Source: an uncultured Eubacteriales bacterium (GTDB lineage: Bacteria > Bacillota > Clostridia > Oscillospirales > CAG-382). From it: 64,000 nt of DNA. The stretch is taken from contig CAKSCV010000002.1 in the NCBI GenBank assembly GCA_934444645.1, positions 70,464 to 134,463 on the forward strand, read 5' to 3'. The notes beneath the pieces were generated by a model. That model was not told the DNA's origin. It worked only from the letters and a program-made list of their open reading frames with translations, and did no database searches. Within the stretch, counting starts at the first letter, position 1. Every line of letters starts with the position of its first letter. Shown here piece by piece: positions 41,910 to 50,907 of this stretch. Position numbers and translations under genes: made by a program.

Positions 41910-43013
41910 ATGAACAAATCCATCGATTATAATGAAAAGCTGCACTTCCATTTCCACCCTAAGCAAGGGTGGATTAACGATCCGAACGGCCTTGTCTTTT
42001 TCAAGAACTATTATCATGTTTTTTATCAGCATGAGCCGGATTCCGAACGACCGTGGTTTGAGCCGCGGCACTGGGGACACGCCCGCACAAAGGATTTCCT
42101 TGAATGGGAGGAATTGCCGGTAGCACTGTATCCCGATACAGCCTATGACAATGAGGGCTGTTGGTCGGGAACGGCAATTGTGAAGGACGATGTGCTATAC
42201 CTCTTCTATGCGTCGTTGTACGGCGAGGAAAAAAAGCAAACCATCAGCATTGCGTATTCCTCGGACGGCATTCATTTTGAAAAGTACGCCGGGAATCCGG
42301 TCATCAATGATTTTCCGCCGCAGGGAAGCAAGGATTTCCGTGATCCCGCTGTGTGGCAGCAGAACGGAAAGTTTTATTGCGTCATTGCCTCCGCACACGC
42401 GCAGAGCGAAACGGGCCGATTGCTGTTATATGTTTCGGAGAATCTGTTTGATTGGAAATACCACTCGATATTTTATGAATGGGAAAGCTGCGTGTGTACC
42501 GAATGCCCGTCAGTGATCCCAATAGGGAATCAGCTGATGGTTTCCGTATCTGTGTGTCCAAAAGAAGGAAAACCGTATTTTCGCCTGTTATATGGAAGCT
42601 TTGAAAATGAATGCTTTTTGGCCGAACACACCGCTTGCCTTGACAATGGTCCGGATCAGTATGCCGGTCAGATGTTCCGGGATCCGAAAGGCAGAGTCAT
42701 TCTGATCTCATGGTTTCCCGGCTGGGAATATTGGAATTATGCACCGAAGGATATCGGCTGTATGTCAGCTGCACGGGAAGTGAAGTTCGAAAACGGTGTC
42801 TTTACGCTCTATCCGGTAAAAGAATATCAGCATTTGTTAAAAGAGGAAGATCCGTGTGTCAAGCGTACCGAAAGCGGCTTTGTTATCGAACGCACCGGCC
42901 GCGAAGCACTTGTGTATGAGGGCGTTATCGACGACTTGAAAATTCTGAGAGATGCTTATATGGCGGAAATATTCGTGAACGGCGGCAGAGACGTGTATAC
43001 GGTTTTGCTGTAA
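41910..43013 (+). CDS. Glycoside hydrolase family 32 (beta-fructofuranosidase/sucrose-6-phosphate hydrolase-like), compact form
   Basis: GH32 signatures: 'GWINDPNG' (nucleophile Asp), 'FRDP' ('KDFRDPAV') and 'ECP' ('CTECPSV'). SD 'GAAGGAG' lies 9 nt upstream of ATG 41910. Confidence 0.85.
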   Translation: MNKSIDYNEKLHFHFHPKQGWINDPNGLVFFKNYYHVFYQHEPDSERPWFEPRHWGHARTKDFLEWEELPVALYPDTAYDNEGCWSGTAIVKDDVLYLFYASLYGEEKKQTISIAYSSDGIHFEKYAGNPVINDFPPQGSKDFRDPAVWQQNGKFYCVIASAHAQSETGRLLLYVSENLFDWKYHSIFYEWESCVCTECPSVIPIGNQLMVSVSVCPKEGKPYFRLLYGSFENECFLAEHTACLDNGPDQYAGQMFRDPKGRVILISWFPGWEYWNYAPKDIGCMSAAREVKFENGVFTLYPVKEYQHLLKEEDPCVKRTESGFVIERTGREALVYEGVIDDLKILRDAYMAEIFVNGGRDVYTVLL

Positions 43014-43041
43014 AAGTCTATGAAAAAGTGAGAGGATCTGC

Positions 43042-43689
43042 ATGGAGAATTACCCGGATATTGAAGAACCCAAAAAGAAAGGCTTTACGGTCGGTAAACT
43101 TTTCAAAGTGCTTGCCCTTGCGGTGATTGCGTTGATTTACGGTATTTTGATTGCCCGGTGCTCCATGTACCGTGACGATAAAGTCGTTTCGGAGATTTTG
43201 GTGAATGATACGACGCGCAGGGCGTATCAAGAAAACCAAAATGCTTTTACGGTCGAGCAATACGGTATGGAGAAAGCATGGGTCGCCGTGAAGGAAGGCA
43301 GGCTTGTCGAATTCAATTATCTGTATTATCTCAAAGCCGCAAAACAATTGCAGGTTTCCGTAAAGTTCAACAGAGATATCCTGCGTGATGCCAATTTGCC
43401 GACAAAGTCTTTGAAATTTTATTTAACCGACGAAAACGAAACGGTTTACAATGAGTACTTTTTCAAGGATAAACGGAAATTCAACTATCGGTATGTCCGC
43501 CTTTGCTTTGAAAATATTGACTTGCTTGCAGACAGTGCCGAAACCGAAAACGAAACGGAATTTCCGCGCAAAAGCTACACGCTGCATTTTGAGCAGCCGA
43601 TGCCGGACGGAACCTATTCCGAAATTTGCGCGTATACGCTGTATAGCGGTTCGGATATTTCCAAAACTATCCCGTTTTCCCTGAAATAG
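43042..43689 (+). CDS. Hypothetical single-pass membrane-anchored protein
   Basis: One N-terminal TM helix ('LFKVLALAVIALIYGILIA') followed by a ~160-aa extracytoplasmic domain with no motif I recognise. Confidence 0.6.
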   Translation: MENYPDIEEPKKKGFTVGKLFKVLALAVIALIYGILIARCSMYRDDKVVSEILVNDTTRRAYQENQNAFTVEQYGMEKAWVAVKEGRLVEFNYLYYLKAAKQLQVSVKFNRDILRDANLPTKSLKFYLTDENETVYNEYFFKDKRKFNYRYVRLCFENIDLLADSAETENETEFPRKSYTLHFEQPMPDGTYSEICAYTLYSGSDISKTIPFSLK

Positions 43690-43744
43690 CCGCTTTTTCT
43701 ATATGCGTTTTCTGACATTGTGTTTGCAAAAATCGAATAACCTC

Positions 43745-43787
43745 CGACAGCTTGCAGAAATCTTAATGCGAGCTGTCGTTCTTTTTT
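43745..43787 (+). terminator. Intrinsic terminator
   Basis: CGACAGCT (43745-43752) / AGCTGTCG (43771-43778), extendable by 4 inner pairs, followed by TTCTTTTTT. Confidence 0.8.
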
Positions 43788-43916
43788 GCCTGAATGAAAG
43801 GAGGCGCTAATGCGGTATATCTTTCTGTCGTTGCTTTACACAAAAATAACACGCGCTTCTTGTGAATGTTGCACACGGATGGTCACGATTTGCAAGAATT
43901 ATATCACGATTCGCTA

Positions 43917-43945
43917 TTGACGAACCGTAAAATCTGTTTTATAAT
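43917..43945 (+). promoter_or_regulatory. Strong sigma-A-type promoter of the large SLH-protein gene
   Basis: TTGACG (43917-43922), a 17-nt spacer, then TATAAT (43940-43945). The 5' UTR of about 70 nt ends in SD 'AAAGGAG'. Confidence 0.75.
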
Positions 43946-44020
43946 ATTTATGAAAAGGATAGGTGTATGCGCCTGTCCGCACAACACACCCATCATAAGA
44001 AAGAGAAAAGGAGCTAAAGC

Positions 44021-47000
44021 ATGAAAAAAAGGATTTTTGTCGGCTTGCTTGCCGCACTTGCTTTCACCTTCCACGGCTTTGCGATCGGTTTCAACAAAAC
44101 GACCGCTTATACCGACGGAACCTTCTCGGATGTTCCGGATTCCGAATGGTATGCTTCAGAAGTAAAATCTGCGTATGAACTCGGTTTCATGAACGGCATC
44201 GGCGACAGCTTGTTCTCGCCGAACGGCAATGTGACGGTTGCTGAGGCTGTTACCATGGCAACCCGCGTCCACGCAAGCTACAACGGCGCGGAGATTTCCA
44301 AGGACGTTCCGGGCGAATGGTATGCCCCGTATGTTAAGTATGCCGTTGACAATCAAATGATTTCGGAAACACGGTTTGACGAATACGACCGCCCGATTAC
44401 GCGCGCCGAAATGGCGGAGGTGTTCTACACCTCCGTTCCGCAGGATTATCTGAAACCCGTCAATGCGGTCGATTATCTGCCGGATATCAACGAAAAGGCG
44501 GATTACCGCGAAAAGGTTTTAACCTTGTACAAAGCCGGTGTTGTGATGGGCAACGATGCTTATGGTTCATTCTATCCGAATAACCCGATCATCCGCTGCG
44601 AAGCGGCTGCTATCATCAACCGAATCGCTTTGCCGGAAAACCGTTTGCAGAAGACGCTTCAAAAACGGGCGGATCCAACGCCTGCCGTGTATTTTATCGA
44701 TGATTCCGGCACGCTTTCCGCAACGACTTACGGCGCATATGGCTGGGAATTCGATTCGCGCGGCGTGCCTGCCGGTCAGGCTGCCTCTCGGATCCAGGTG
44801 ATTGATACCAGCAAAACCGAACGTACAGCCATGCTCCGTCAGTTTGCTTTGCAGACAAGCGGCAAAATCGTTATGGAAACCAATTTGCTTCTGCAGTCGG
44901 CGAAAAACGGCTTCCACATCAACCTCGGAAAGGGCGAAGAAACTCTTGCCATGAGCTTTGTAACCCAAGACGGCAAATTCTTTGCCAAGGAAGCCGGAAA
45001 GCTCACCGATACCGGGCTTGCCGTTTCTGAACGTATGACTGTGAAAACCGTTACTGACTTAACGGCAAAAACCAATACGCTCATTGCCGACGGAAAGCTC
45101 ATCGGAACCTATGCGTTTGCCGATATGGCTGCTTCGTCGGTAGATACGCTTGCTTTTTCAAGCGATAAGGAAAACCAAGTGGTTGCCGATGTTTCCAAAA
45201 CCAAGCTTTACAGCGGTTATGCATTCAACGATATTTTCATGTCCTCCGGTGAACGCGATGGCCTGCCGTATAACTATACGCTTACTGACAGCACGGCAAA
45301 GATTATTTCGCTTGCGTCTAACGCGTATGACGCTTACAGTGCCGAAATCACCACAGCAGCAGGAAAGACCGGTGTTCTTACGACAAGCTTTGATCCGATT
45401 TCGCGCAAAGTCGTTTTCGAGGTCAAATTCTATATGACCGACTATAACGACGGCACGTCGTTTGCCATCACTTCGGGCGGCACAGAGCTTGCAAAAATCG
45501 TTACCAAGGGCAAGGAATTCTATACTGGCGACGGTACGCTGCTACGCACCTATAACAGCGGCGTTTGGCAGACGCTTCGTATTGAAGCCAACACCGACAC
45601 CGGCGTTCTTTCCTACAGCGTCAACCGTAAAAAGCTTGCTGCCGGTACGTTTTCTGCCGCTTCGATCGACGGCGTGAAGATAACACTGCCCGCCGAAAAG
45701 GATACACGCATCGTCCTTGACGATTTGTTTGTCTACAACTCATTTGACGAGCAGCCCGACTATGTTCCGGAGCCAAAAGCGGTCGCTTCCAAGGATACCA
45801 TCGTCGGTATCGAAGTGTGTGATATCTGGCGCAACGGCTTCCAGTTCGGCTGGGACTACACGTCGGCTTACGATGAGTTATATCCGTATCTCGGCATGTT
45901 CGACGAAGGCTCGACGGAGGTTGCCGACTGGGAAACCAAGTGGCTTATTGAACACGGCATTGACTTCAAGCTCGTTTGCTGGTATAGCGGCACGCCTTCA
46001 CAACCGGTCAAAACCCCGCGCAACAGCTTTGCGCTTTCCGCACAGCTTGATTCCAAATACACCGATCAAATGAAATATGCGATCATGTGGGAGAACAGCG
46101 GTAACCTGCCTTCCAATTCCGAACAGTTCCGCAAGAATATCGTAGACTATTGGAAGGAATACTATCTGTACGATAAAGACCGCTATTTCACCATCGATAA
46201 TAAGCCGCTTATTACCATTTACCGCACAGAAACCCTTATGAATATCTTCAAATCCGAAGAAGCTGTTAAGGCGGAAATCGATTATTTGAGACAAACCTGT
46301 GTAGACCTCGGCTATGACGGTGCTATTATCCTTGTTTGCAACGGCACAAACGACCAAATCAAGCGCATGGGCTTTGACGGTCGCTATGCCTACAACTGGG
46401 GTCAGAATGCGTTTGATCCGGAATTCCAAAAGACCAAGCTCACCACACAGGATGAAGAAACCAAGGCAGCCGGAATCACGTCTGTTCCGACGGTCGGCGT
46501 CGGCTTCTGCAACATGTTCTTAGGCCAAGGCAACAGCCGTTCACCGCTGATTACAAAAGAAGATTATACCAATCTCTTAAAATGGGTGAAGGATGATTTC
46601 CTTGCCAAACGTACCGGTGAACCATGGCAGACCGAAATGCTAATTTTGAGCAACTGGAACGAATTCGGTGAAGGTCATTACATTCTCCCGACCAACCGAA
46701 TCGGTTTTGATTATCTCGACGCCATCAGCGATGCTTATACAAAGAAGGGCGAGCATACCGATTTAAGACCGGACGATGACACCCGCACACGCTATAACGC
46801 CTTGTACAACCAGTCCTTCAAGCGTATTCGCCGCTATGAGTTAGCCGACGAAAAAGGAGTGGATTTGGATGATCTTACTGTCACGCTTTCGTATGATTTT
46901 ACAAAATCCGGTACAGAGCAGATTTTCCGCAACAGCCACGGCAATGAATTCGTAGAATATACGTCTTCCGGCTTGCACGGCAAAAGCAACGGCGCAGACT

Positions 47001-48688
47001 TTGCCATTATTACAACGAAGGACATCAATATCAACGCCGCTGACGCGGAATACCTCCGTATTATCTATAAGGCAACTGCTGAAACTGAAAAAGTAAAAGG
47101 TCAGATTTTCTTCATAACCGAATCTGATCAGGCATGGAACGAAAAGAAGAATATCAACTTTGACATCACCGCCGACGGTGAATATCACGAATATCTTGTC
47201 AATCTGTCGTCTTGCCCGAAGTGGAGCGGCCTTATCAAGCGCCTTCGTATTGACCCGATCGAACGCGGCAGCTGCGAATATGAGATTCAGCTTGTCGAGC
47301 TTCTCTATGCGCCGACTGACTATGAAATTTACTTAAATGCGGAAGTTGCACCGACGCCGATTACCTTCCAGCCTGTTTACGAAAACGGCGCTCTGTTTGC
47401 AGCCATCGACCCGTATGCGGCAAGCTTCTATGCAAAACTCGGCATTTTCTACCGCTGGAATTTTGATAAGAAAGAACTCTCGCTTTACGGTGCCGATGAT
47501 ACCTATATCATCTTCACCATGGGCAGCAACAAGGCCTTGACGAATAAGGGCGAAGTAACTCTTAAGGGCACGCCTGCGCTTATGGACGGCATTCCTATGA
47601 TCGAGATTGATTCCATGGCAAACGCTCTCGGTCTAAAGTTGACGGTGGAGGGCAACAAATACACGCTGCTCAATCATTATGCAAGCAGTAAAGAGAATAA
47701 TGGCGAGTCAGATATGGTCTGGGATTTCGGTATTGACGGATATTTGGACGGCTTCACACTTGCCTGCGCAGAGGTTACCGAGCATCAGGGCGGCATCGTC
47801 AGCTTCAAGTCTTTTTCCAACGGCAGACGCCACGACCCGGTTCTCAATTCCCCGAATATTGCTCTGCCTGCCGTTAAGTACGAAAAGGTCGTTGTCCGTA
47901 TGGCTTACGATGTAACGGGCGGCGTTGCCGAAGGCGTGGATGAAATAACTTCTTCGCTGTTCTTCGCTCCGCCGAACGGTGCGTTCAACGGAAACGATGT
48001 CGTACAGATCAAGACCAAAGGTCTTTCCAGTAACGGAAAGTTTATCGACCTTGAATTCGATATGACCGAGAATGTCAACTGGACCTCCACCATCGGAAAA
48101 GTTCGCTTCGACCCGTTTGAAGCCGAAGGCACATTCTCGGTGGATTCCATCCGCATTCTGCTCACCAATCCGGAAGGCATTGTTCGCGTCATTGAAAAGC
48201 CGACGGAAATCGTTTGGAATGCCGGTGAAGAGCTTGTGAAGGGTGCGCGCTATAACGTCAATAACGGCCAATTGACCGTTATTAACGATCCCGACAACAA
48301 GGATGTTAAGGTGTTTGAAATCAAAACGACTGCAAGCAATAAAAAATGGACGTATTTCAATATCTTCATGAACTTTGAACCCGGAAAAACCTATAAGATT
48401 TCCTACCGCCTTTATCCGTTAAAGGATTTCTATGACAATGGCTACGATAAAAACACCATCGCCGGCAACTTCATTTACGGATCGGACGGAGAGACCGTTT
48501 CGAACCACGTTGTCGGATCGATCAACACGGCGGATAATGCCGGATGGCAGGAGGTTACAGCCGAGTACACGATCGACGGTGCCTACAAACCGTCCAACAT
48601 GGATTGCTTCCAGTTCTGGTCGAACCCGGTCAATAACTGCGGTGTCAGCTACCTTGTTTCCGATATTCGTGTCGAACTCAAGGATTGA
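44021..48688 (+). CDS. Very large (1555 aa) cell-wall-anchored SLH-domain protein with a WbsX-like glycoside-hydrolase-type domain, a stalk-like repeat and C-terminal CBM-like modules
   Basis: A signal peptide, then three SLH-like repeats ('FSDVPDSEWYASEV..GFMNG', 'GEWYAPYV..ITRAEMA', 'YREKVLTLYKAGVVMG..IRCEAAA'). A central domain ends in 'LSNWNEFGEGHYILP' (WbsX/GH-like 'NEWGEG' block). There is also a stalk-like 'TLKGTPALMDGIPMIEIDSMANALGLKL' and a C-terminal ~150 aa that parallels the C-terminus of 24147..25751. Confidence 0.85.
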   Translation: MKKRIFVGLLAALAFTFHGFAIGFNKTTAYTDGTFSDVPDSEWYASEVKSAYELGFMNGIGDSLFSPNGNVTVAEAVTMATRVHASYNGAEISKDVPGEWYAPYVKYAVDNQMISETRFDEYDRPITRAEMAEVFYTSVPQDYLKPVNAVDYLPDINEKADYREKVLTLYKAGVVMGNDAYGSFYPNNPIIRCEAAAIINRIALPENRLQKTLQKRADPTPAVYFIDDSGTLSATTYGAYGWEFDSRGVPAGQAASRIQVIDTSKTERTAMLRQFALQTSGKIVMETNLLLQSAKNGFHINLGKGEETLAMSFVTQDGKFFAKEAGKLTDTGLAVSERMTVKTVTDLTAKTNTLIADGKLIGTYAFADMAASSVDTLAFSSDKENQVVADVSKTKLYSGYAFNDIFMSSGERDGLPYNYTLTDSTAKIISLASNAYDAYSAEITTAAGKTGVLTTSFDPISRKVVFEVKFYMTDYNDGTSFAITSGGTELAKIVTKGKEFYTGDGTLLRTYNSGVWQTLRIEANTDTGVLSYSVNRKKLAAGTFSAASIDGVKITLPAEKDTRIVLDDLFVYNSFDEQPDYVPEPKAVASKDTIVGIEVCDIWRNGFQFGWDYTSAYDELYPYLGMFDEGSTEVADWETKWLIEHGIDFKLVCWYSGTPSQPVKTPRNSFALSAQLDSKYTDQMKYAIMWENSGNLPSNSEQFRKNIVDYWKEYYLYDKDRYFTIDNKPLITIYRTETLMNIFKSEEAVKAEIDYLRQTCVDLGYDGAIILVCNGTNDQIKRMGFDGRYAYNWGQNAFDPEFQKTKLTTQDEETKAAGITSVPTVGVGFCNMFLGQGNSRSPLITKEDYTNLLKWVKDDFLAKRTGEPWQTEMLILSNWNEFGEGHYILPTNRIGFDYLDAISDAYTKKGEHTDLRPDDDTRTRYNALYNQSFKRIRRYELADEKGVDLDDLTVTLSYDFTKSGTEQIFRNSHGNEFVEYTSSGLHGKSNGADFAIITTKDININAADAEYLRIIYKATAETEKVKGQIFFITESDQAWNEKKNINFDITADGEYHEYLVNLSSCPKWSGLIKRLRIDPIERGSCEYEIQLVELLYAPTDYEIYLNAEVAPTPITFQPVYENGALFAAIDPYAASFYAKLGIFYRWNFDKKELSLYGADDTYIIFTMGSNKALTNKGEVTLKGTPALMDGIPMIEIDSMANALGLKLTVEGNKYTLLNHYASSKENNGESDMVWDFGIDGYLDGFTLACAEVTEHQGGIVSFKSFSNGRRHDPVLNSPNIALPAVKYEKVVVRMAYDVTGGVAEGVDEITSSLFFAPPNGAFNGNDVVQIKTKGLSSNGKFIDLEFDMTENVNWTSTIGKVRFDPFEAEGTFSVDSIRILLTNPEGIVRVIEKPTEIVWNAGEELVKGARYNVNNGQLTVINDPDNKDVKVFEIKTTASNKKWTYFNIFMNFEPGKTYKISYRLYPLKDFYDNGYDKNTIAGNFIYGSDGETVSNHVVGSINTADNAGWQEVTAEYTIDGAYKPSNMDCFQFWSNPVNNCGVSYLVSDIRVELKD

Positions 48689-48725
48689 TGCAATAACAGC
48701 TTCTCAAAACCGTTTAACTAAATAA

Positions 48726-48796
48726 AAACAGCCGCTTTTCGGTATACCGCTTTCTCTCCTTTTTGCGGAAGTACCGAAACAGCGGCTGTTTTTTGT
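48726..48796 (+). terminator. Intrinsic terminator (long hairpin)
   Basis: AAACAGCCGCTTTTCGGTA (48726-48744) / TACCGAAACAGCGGCTGTTT (48772-48791), with a one-nt bulge and an inner CCGC/GCGG stem, followed by TTTTTGT. Confidence 0.85.
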
Positions 48797-48875
48797 CATT
48801 TGACGCACTGTTTGTATGTTGCAGACTGATTTCCCGAATAAATGTAAATAAACATATCTTTTTTGCAAAAAACTG

Positions 48876-48904
48876 TTTTCAAATGCCGGACTTTGTGCTA
48901 TAAT
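48876..48904 (+). promoter_or_regulatory. Sigma-A-type promoter of cdaA operon
   Basis: TTTTCA/TTTCAA (48876-48882), a 16-17-nt spacer, then TATAAT (48899-48904), with an extended -10 TG (TGcTATAAT). Confidence 0.6.
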
Positions 48905-48976
48905 GATGAAAGGAGGCTTGTATGCTTTTGCAAAGCAGTCAAGACCTGTGTATATCTAAGGTAAGGTGGCGTTGTT

Positions 48977-49831
48977 ATGGATTTTATTCTGTCGTTGGTT
49001 GAGTTTATCATTAGCCGAATCACAGCGATTACCTTTTTCGATATTCTGGATATTGCCATCGTATCGGTTGTATTTTATTACATATTCAAATTTGTCAAAG
49101 ACAGACGTGCCGGAAAATTGGCGGTCGGCGTCTTTTTTATCATCATTCTGCTGCTCTTAAGCGATGTTTTCAATATGTACGCGCTGAATTTCCTTCTCAG
49201 CAATGTGGTGCAGGTCGGAATTATCGGCCTTATGATCGTTTTCCAATCGGAATTGCGCTACTTTCTTGAAAAAGTCGGCGGAAACTCCTTTATTAACAGC
49301 ATCAACCGCAAGAACGACAAACGCACCCTTTCCGATCTTGTCAAATGCATCGATGCTATCACCGATGCCTGTGCCTCGTTTTCCAGCGAAATGGTCGGCG
49401 CACTGATCGTGTTTGAGCGCACCACTAAGCTTGGCGATGTCATCAAAACCGGTACGATTATCGATGCCGAACCGGCGGAGTATTTGATCAAGAATATTTT
49501 CTTCAACAAAGCACCTTTGCATGACGGAGCTTTGGTTATCCGCGGCTGTCGCTTGTATTCTGCCGGCTGCTTTTTACCGCTGAGTTCAAACGAAGGCATC
49601 AACAAGGATCTCGGCACACGCCATCGGGCGGCACTCGGCATGAGCGAAAACTCCGATGCTGTCGTCGTGGTCGTTTCCGAAGAAACCGGTACCATTTCCA
49701 CAGCCATCGAAGGAAAGCTAACGCGTGATTATACGCCGGATTCGCTTCGACAGACACTGATTTCACTGCTTGTCGGCCAAGAGCAGGAGCAAAAGAAGGA
49801 AAATCCGCTTATACGGAAATTCCGTCATTAA
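48977..49831 (+). CDS. cdaA: Diadenylate cyclase CdaA
   Basis: Three N-terminal TM helices plus a DAC domain with 'APLHDGALVI', 'LGTRHRAALG' and 'VVVSEETGTIS'. Confidence 0.93.
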   Translation: MDFILSLVEFIISRITAITFFDILDIAIVSVVFYYIFKFVKDRRAGKLAVGVFFIIILLLLSDVFNMYALNFLLSNVVQVGIIGLMIVFQSELRYFLEKVGGNSFINSINRKNDKRTLSDLVKCIDAITDACASFSSEMVGALIVFERTTKLGDVIKTGTIIDAEPAEYLIKNIFFNKAPLHDGALVIRGCRLYSAGCFLPLSSNEGINKDLGTRHRAALGMSENSDAVVVVVSEETGTISTAIEGKLTRDYTPDSLRQTLISLLVGQEQEQKKENPLIRKFRH

Positions 49832-49860
49832 GACGCAAATTTACGGAAAGGAAGTTTGTC

Positions 49861-50907
49861 ATGGCACCGATTTCACCCAATCCAAATAAAGACGTTTTTA
49901 AGAATATTGAAACCGATTTTGACGCAAACGGCAAGCCAAAGCAAGAAAAAAAGACGAATAATATTTTGCCGAAAATTCTATCGGTTTTGGCAGCGTTTGC
50001 CCTGTGGCTGTATGTGTTTCAGGCAGTGGAGGAAACGCGTGTCTTTAAGGAGATCCCGATTTCAATCGAGAATTTTAATACCAATCTTGGACTTGATGTG
50101 GTCAGCGGCTATGAAAATGCGGTCGATGTCACGGTTACGGGTACCAAGAGCATCTTAAACGAAATCAATTCGGAAAACATTCATGCTTCCGTCGATTTGA
50201 GCAATGTTACCGAGCGCGGTACGTATGTGGTGGATTTGAATGTTTCCGTACCGTCATCGGTCAAGGTTACGGATAAAAGTGTTACGCAAATCAAAATATC
50301 GGTCGATAAAACCATTGAAAAGCAGGTTGAGCTTGAACCGGTGCTCAGCTATAATATCCAATATCCGTATGAACTCGGCGTACCGGTGCTCTCAGCCAAC
50401 ACGGTCTCCCTAAAAGGCCCGGAAACCGATATTAACGCTGTCTCCAAAGCCACCGTCCAATTAAATGTCGGCAGCATAAAAAATGCCGTCACCTCCAACG
50501 CCAAAATTACGCTGTATGATGCTAACAACTACGAAATTCAGTCGAAATACATCGTTATGACACCTTCGGAGGTGGAAATCGATGTGCCGGTGTATAAAAC
50601 CGCACTGTTCGATGTACAGCCGGATCTGGTTATCGATAAAAACCGCTTTGATTATACGGTCTCACCCTCGGCAGTTTACCTGAAAGGCACCGTGAATGAT
50701 GTGGAAGCGGTCAAGGCCTTAAAAACAAACCGTTCTTGGATCGATGCGCCGGGAGAATATGACCTGACGCTTGCTGTGCCGGAAAATGTGAATGCGTTTA
50801 CTTCCTATGCCGGCGGAGAATCCGCTGCTATTTCGTCAATAAAAATCGTGGTTACCGAAAAGCCCGTTTCCCAAGAACCTTCCGAAAACGGAGAAAACGC
50901 CGCATGA
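49861..50907 (+). CDS. cdaR: CdaA regulatory protein CdaR (YbbR-repeat protein)
   Basis: N-terminal TM anchor followed by repeated YbbR-like beta-rich units ('V.V.G....L..I....I.A.VDLS......G.Y'). It sits immediately downstream of cdaA. Confidence 0.8.
   Translation: MAPISPNPNKDVFKNIETDFDANGKPKQEKKTNNILPKILSVLAAFALWLYVFQAVEETRVFKEIPISIENFNTNLGLDVVSGYENAVDVTVTGTKSILNEINSENIHASVDLSNVTERGTYVVDLNVSVPSSVKVTDKSVTQIKISVDKTIEKQVELEPVLSYNIQYPYELGVPVLSANTVSLKGPETDINAVSKATVQLNVGSIKNAVTSNAKITLYDANNYEIQSKYIVMTPSEVEIDVPVYKTALFDVQPDLVIDKNRFDYTVSPSAVYLKGTVNDVEAVKALKTNRSWIDAPGEYDLTLAVPENVNAFTSYAGGESAAISSIKIVVTEKPVSQEPSENGENAA

Noticed and set aside
43810-43920. A 36-codon ORF (MRYIFLSLLYTKITRASCECCTRMVTICKNYITIRY) with a perfect SD (AGGAGG, 5-nt spacing) and four Cys, located upstream of the SLH-protein gene.
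   Set aside because: It lies between the upstream terminator (43745-43787) and the SLH-gene promoter (43917-43945). I find no promoter that would transcribe it, and its stop codon overlaps the -35 box. It is too short to evaluate by composition. It would only be worth revisiting if RNA-seq shows read-through or if the peptide is conserved.
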